From: Vibrio alginolyticus NBRC 15630 = ATCC 17749
GTDB lineage: Bacteria; Pseudomonadota; Gammaproteobacteria; Enterobacterales; Vibrionaceae
Assembly (NCBI RefSeq): GCF_000354175.2
Contig: NC_022349.1
Coordinates: forward strand, 960,001-992,000
Direction: 5' to 3'
Length of the DNA stretch: 32,000 nucleotides
The notes beneath the pieces were generated by a model. The model saw only the letters and a program-made list of their open reading frames with translations, was not told where the DNA came from and did not search any database. Positions 30,345 to 32,000 of this stretch are shown here, piece after piece (the stretch's first letter is position 1; every line of letters starts with the position of its first letter). A program made the translations under genes and the position numbers.

Positions 30345-30685
30345 GAGCGCCTTTCAGTTTTCGCCGATTTTTCAGCCACTTTCGCCAAAGCTCGTTTTGC
30401 TAATTAATGATTAGCAAAGCTAACTCAAATATGTGTTTAACAAAAAAATTACCGTTGATCTTTAGTTTGAAATGCGTCTCACAACACCATACTTCGGCGA
30501 TGTAAGTGCGCCGAACTAATCGCGAACGCCTTATATTATTAGAAGGCTTTATGCCGCCTTTCACATCAGTAAGCTTAAGTACCAAACTGAAATTAGTCGC
30601 ATTACCTCAGCTAAGGAAACCGACCGAACACGCTAAACCTCCGAACCTAGAAACCGTATCAATGTGCTTTCGTATTTTCTGTGCC
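30345..30685. other. ORF-less integron cassette, family C copy 2
   Basis: Identical to 10842..11182. Confidence 0.7.
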
Positions 30686-30811
30686 AGTTAACGCCCTGTT
30701 AAGGTGTGAGCAACGCAATACCGATGTTGCAGCAGACCACCTTAAACACTAAACGCAACGCATAGTAAAAATGCCACGCGTTGCGAATCACTCTTAAACA
30801 GATTGTTATAA
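30686..30811 (-). repeat. attC_40 (VCR-like, 126 bp)
   Basis: agttaac...gttataa. Confidence 0.9.
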
Positions 30812-30812
30812 G

Positions 30813-31502
30813 TTAATCCGCAATAGCTATAGCAATTGAAATGTCATCGCTACTATAGTCACCAAAATCTACTAGCCATGCATTCTTTGGGTTACCTGGA
30901 GTAAGCGGATTTTCGCCAGGATTAAACTCCAAACCTATTGCTGCGTGATTCCACAAAAGGTCTTTTAAATAGCTAATATACGATTCAATTGTATTTTTTG
31001 AGCTTGCGTACTTTTGCTTATACCTTGAAATATGTGAGTCATAATCTTCAGAAAATGGTTTCGGTATATGCATAAAGTCACCACATTTTTTGTAAATCTT
31101 AATCAACTCACCATGGGTAGCTTTAATGTCTTTGCGCTGAATTTGATGTAAGCCATCGCTAAATTGGCTCTGACCTAAAGGAATTGGCATAAAGTGAGGA
31201 CTAATAGAGTTAAGTTTCTGTAGGATAACTCTCGCATTCCAGTCCTTTGTAAAATCACCATTGATGTCACTTTCTTCACCTTCAATTCGTCTAAATTCTT
31301 TATATCTATTTTTGTCGCATAAAACAGAGCTAAAGCAAACTTGTTCGACAATTTTTCTTAATTGAAGAAAGCAGAACTCAGCATCCAGCGGAGGTAAAGA
31401 GCTTTTTTCTGAATGTTTAGAAAGGCATTCATCCACAGCTCTAATCCTCACTTTGACTTCAAGCATCATAGACTGATAAATCTGATATGGTTGAACTTTC
31501 AT
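30813..31502 (-). CDS. hypothetical protein (229 aa), orphan
   Basis: Clean ATG start at 31500-31502 and fills the cassette. No firm motif. Confidence 0.65.
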   Translation of the reverse strand: MKVQPYQIYQSMMLEVKVRIRAVDECLSKHSEKSSLPPLDAEFCFLQLRKIVEQVCFSSVLCDKNRYKEFRRIEGEESDINGDFTKDWNARVILQKLNSISPHFMPIPLGQSQFSDGLHQIQRKDIKATHGELIKIYKKCGDFMHIPKPFSEDYDSHISRYKQKYASSKNTIESYISYLKDLLWNHAAIGLEFNPGENPLTPGNPKNAWLVDFGDYSSDDISIAIAIAD

Positions 31503-31519
31503 GACTATCTCACTTTAAC

Positions 31520-31646
31520 TTATAACGCCTTGCTAAGGTGTGAGTAACGCAATACAAAAGCTACCGCACAGCGCCTTAATCACCATAAGCCACCGCAAAG
31601 TAAAAATGCCACGCGTTACGAATCACTCTTAAGCAATTTGTTAGTA
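31520..31646 (-). repeat. attC_41 (VCR-like, 127 bp)
   Basis: ttataac...gttagta. Near-identical to attC_32, with a 1-nt indel. Confidence 0.9.
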
Positions 31647-32000
31647 CATGCGCTACTTCTATTTATGCGCTCCAAGATATTGAAAAGTGGCATGATATGA
31701 AAGACTTTGAACACTGAAGTGAGACGGGCAGCTACAAAACTTAAACTCGGTTAAGAGACGAGAGTTAGCTAGAAGAAAAACGTAATGAACTGCCCTACTT
31801 TCACTGGTTTCAAATTAGAAAAGGATTTTTTCCTCGTACTTCAACAGCCACACCAAAAATAATCATGGTTCTCTCAAAAGCCACCACAAAAGTGAAGAAG
31901 CACCAAAGAAATAGGCTAAGAGTTAGAAACCGTAAACGGTGAAATCAAAGCGAACACTCCGCATATAGTGCCACCGGAAAGAACGTGAAAGGCACTAACT
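31647..32000. other. ORF-less integron cassette, family B copy 5 (truncated by window end)
   Basis: Collinear with 25912..26265, with scattered substitutions. Ends within the conserved tagtgccaccggaaagaacgtgaaaggcacta hairpin. Confidence 0.7.

Noticed and set aside
30813-31502. Possible HEPN-like motif RKDIKATH (R-x6-H) in the 229-aa orphan.
   Set aside because: A single short motif without the surrounding helical signature that I would expect. This is insufficient to call.
1-32000. The regularly recurring ~126-bp repeats could superficially suggest a CRISPR array or REP/ERIC elements.
   Set aside because: The repeat length (125-129 bp), the imperfect internal dyad with RYYYAAC/GTTRRRY ends and the 300-1700-bp gene-containing spacers are the integron attC signature, not CRISPR. 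No cas genes are present.
1-32000. Search for tRNA, rRNA and integrase genes.
   Set aside because: I saw no cloverleaf-like or rRNA-like sequence and no tyrosine-recombinase ORF. The window lies wholly inside the array.

Overview
The window is a continuous stretch of a Vibrio-type sedentary chromosomal integron (superintegron) cassette array. I found 42 VCR-like attC sites of 125-129 bp; the first is cut by the window edge. They delimit 41 complete cassettes plus one partial cassette at the 3' edge. All cassettes are oriented on the minus strand, so intI/attI should lie beyond the high-coordinate end; no integrase is in the window. In 39 of 41 cassettes the 7-mer at the cassette 5' boundary is the exact reverse complement of the R'' 7-mer of that cassette's own attC. 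The inner attC stem shows compensatory changes between copies. Content: 27 cassettes carry one minus-strand ORF. Recognisable products include a QnrVC-type quinolone-resistance pentapeptide protein, an HNH endonuclease, two GNAT acetyltransferases, a cytidine/blasticidin-S deaminase-like protein, an AbiJ/HEPN-like protein, a DUF2971-like protein, DUF1311- and DUF1851-like proteins, an ankyrin-repeat protein and many orphans. Three cassettes carry type II toxin-antitoxin pairs, two of them inverted relative to the array. Twelve cassettes are ORF-less: eleven of them fall into four paralogous families (A x2, B x5, C x2, D x2) and the twelfth (E) is a singleton. Three copies of one IS3-family element are inserted in the same orientation and the same register, 4 nt past the attC R' crossover with a 4-bp target. 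Two of these copies bracket the qnrVC cassette. The most unusual signals are the multi-copy ORF-less cassettes, especially family B (five copies of about 420 bp with a conserved hairpin), the attC-junction-specific IS insertions, and several candidate single-gene anti-phage cassettes. All functional calls rest on motif recognition by eye. No database search was run. Coordinates of starts trimmed out of attC read-through are my own inference.
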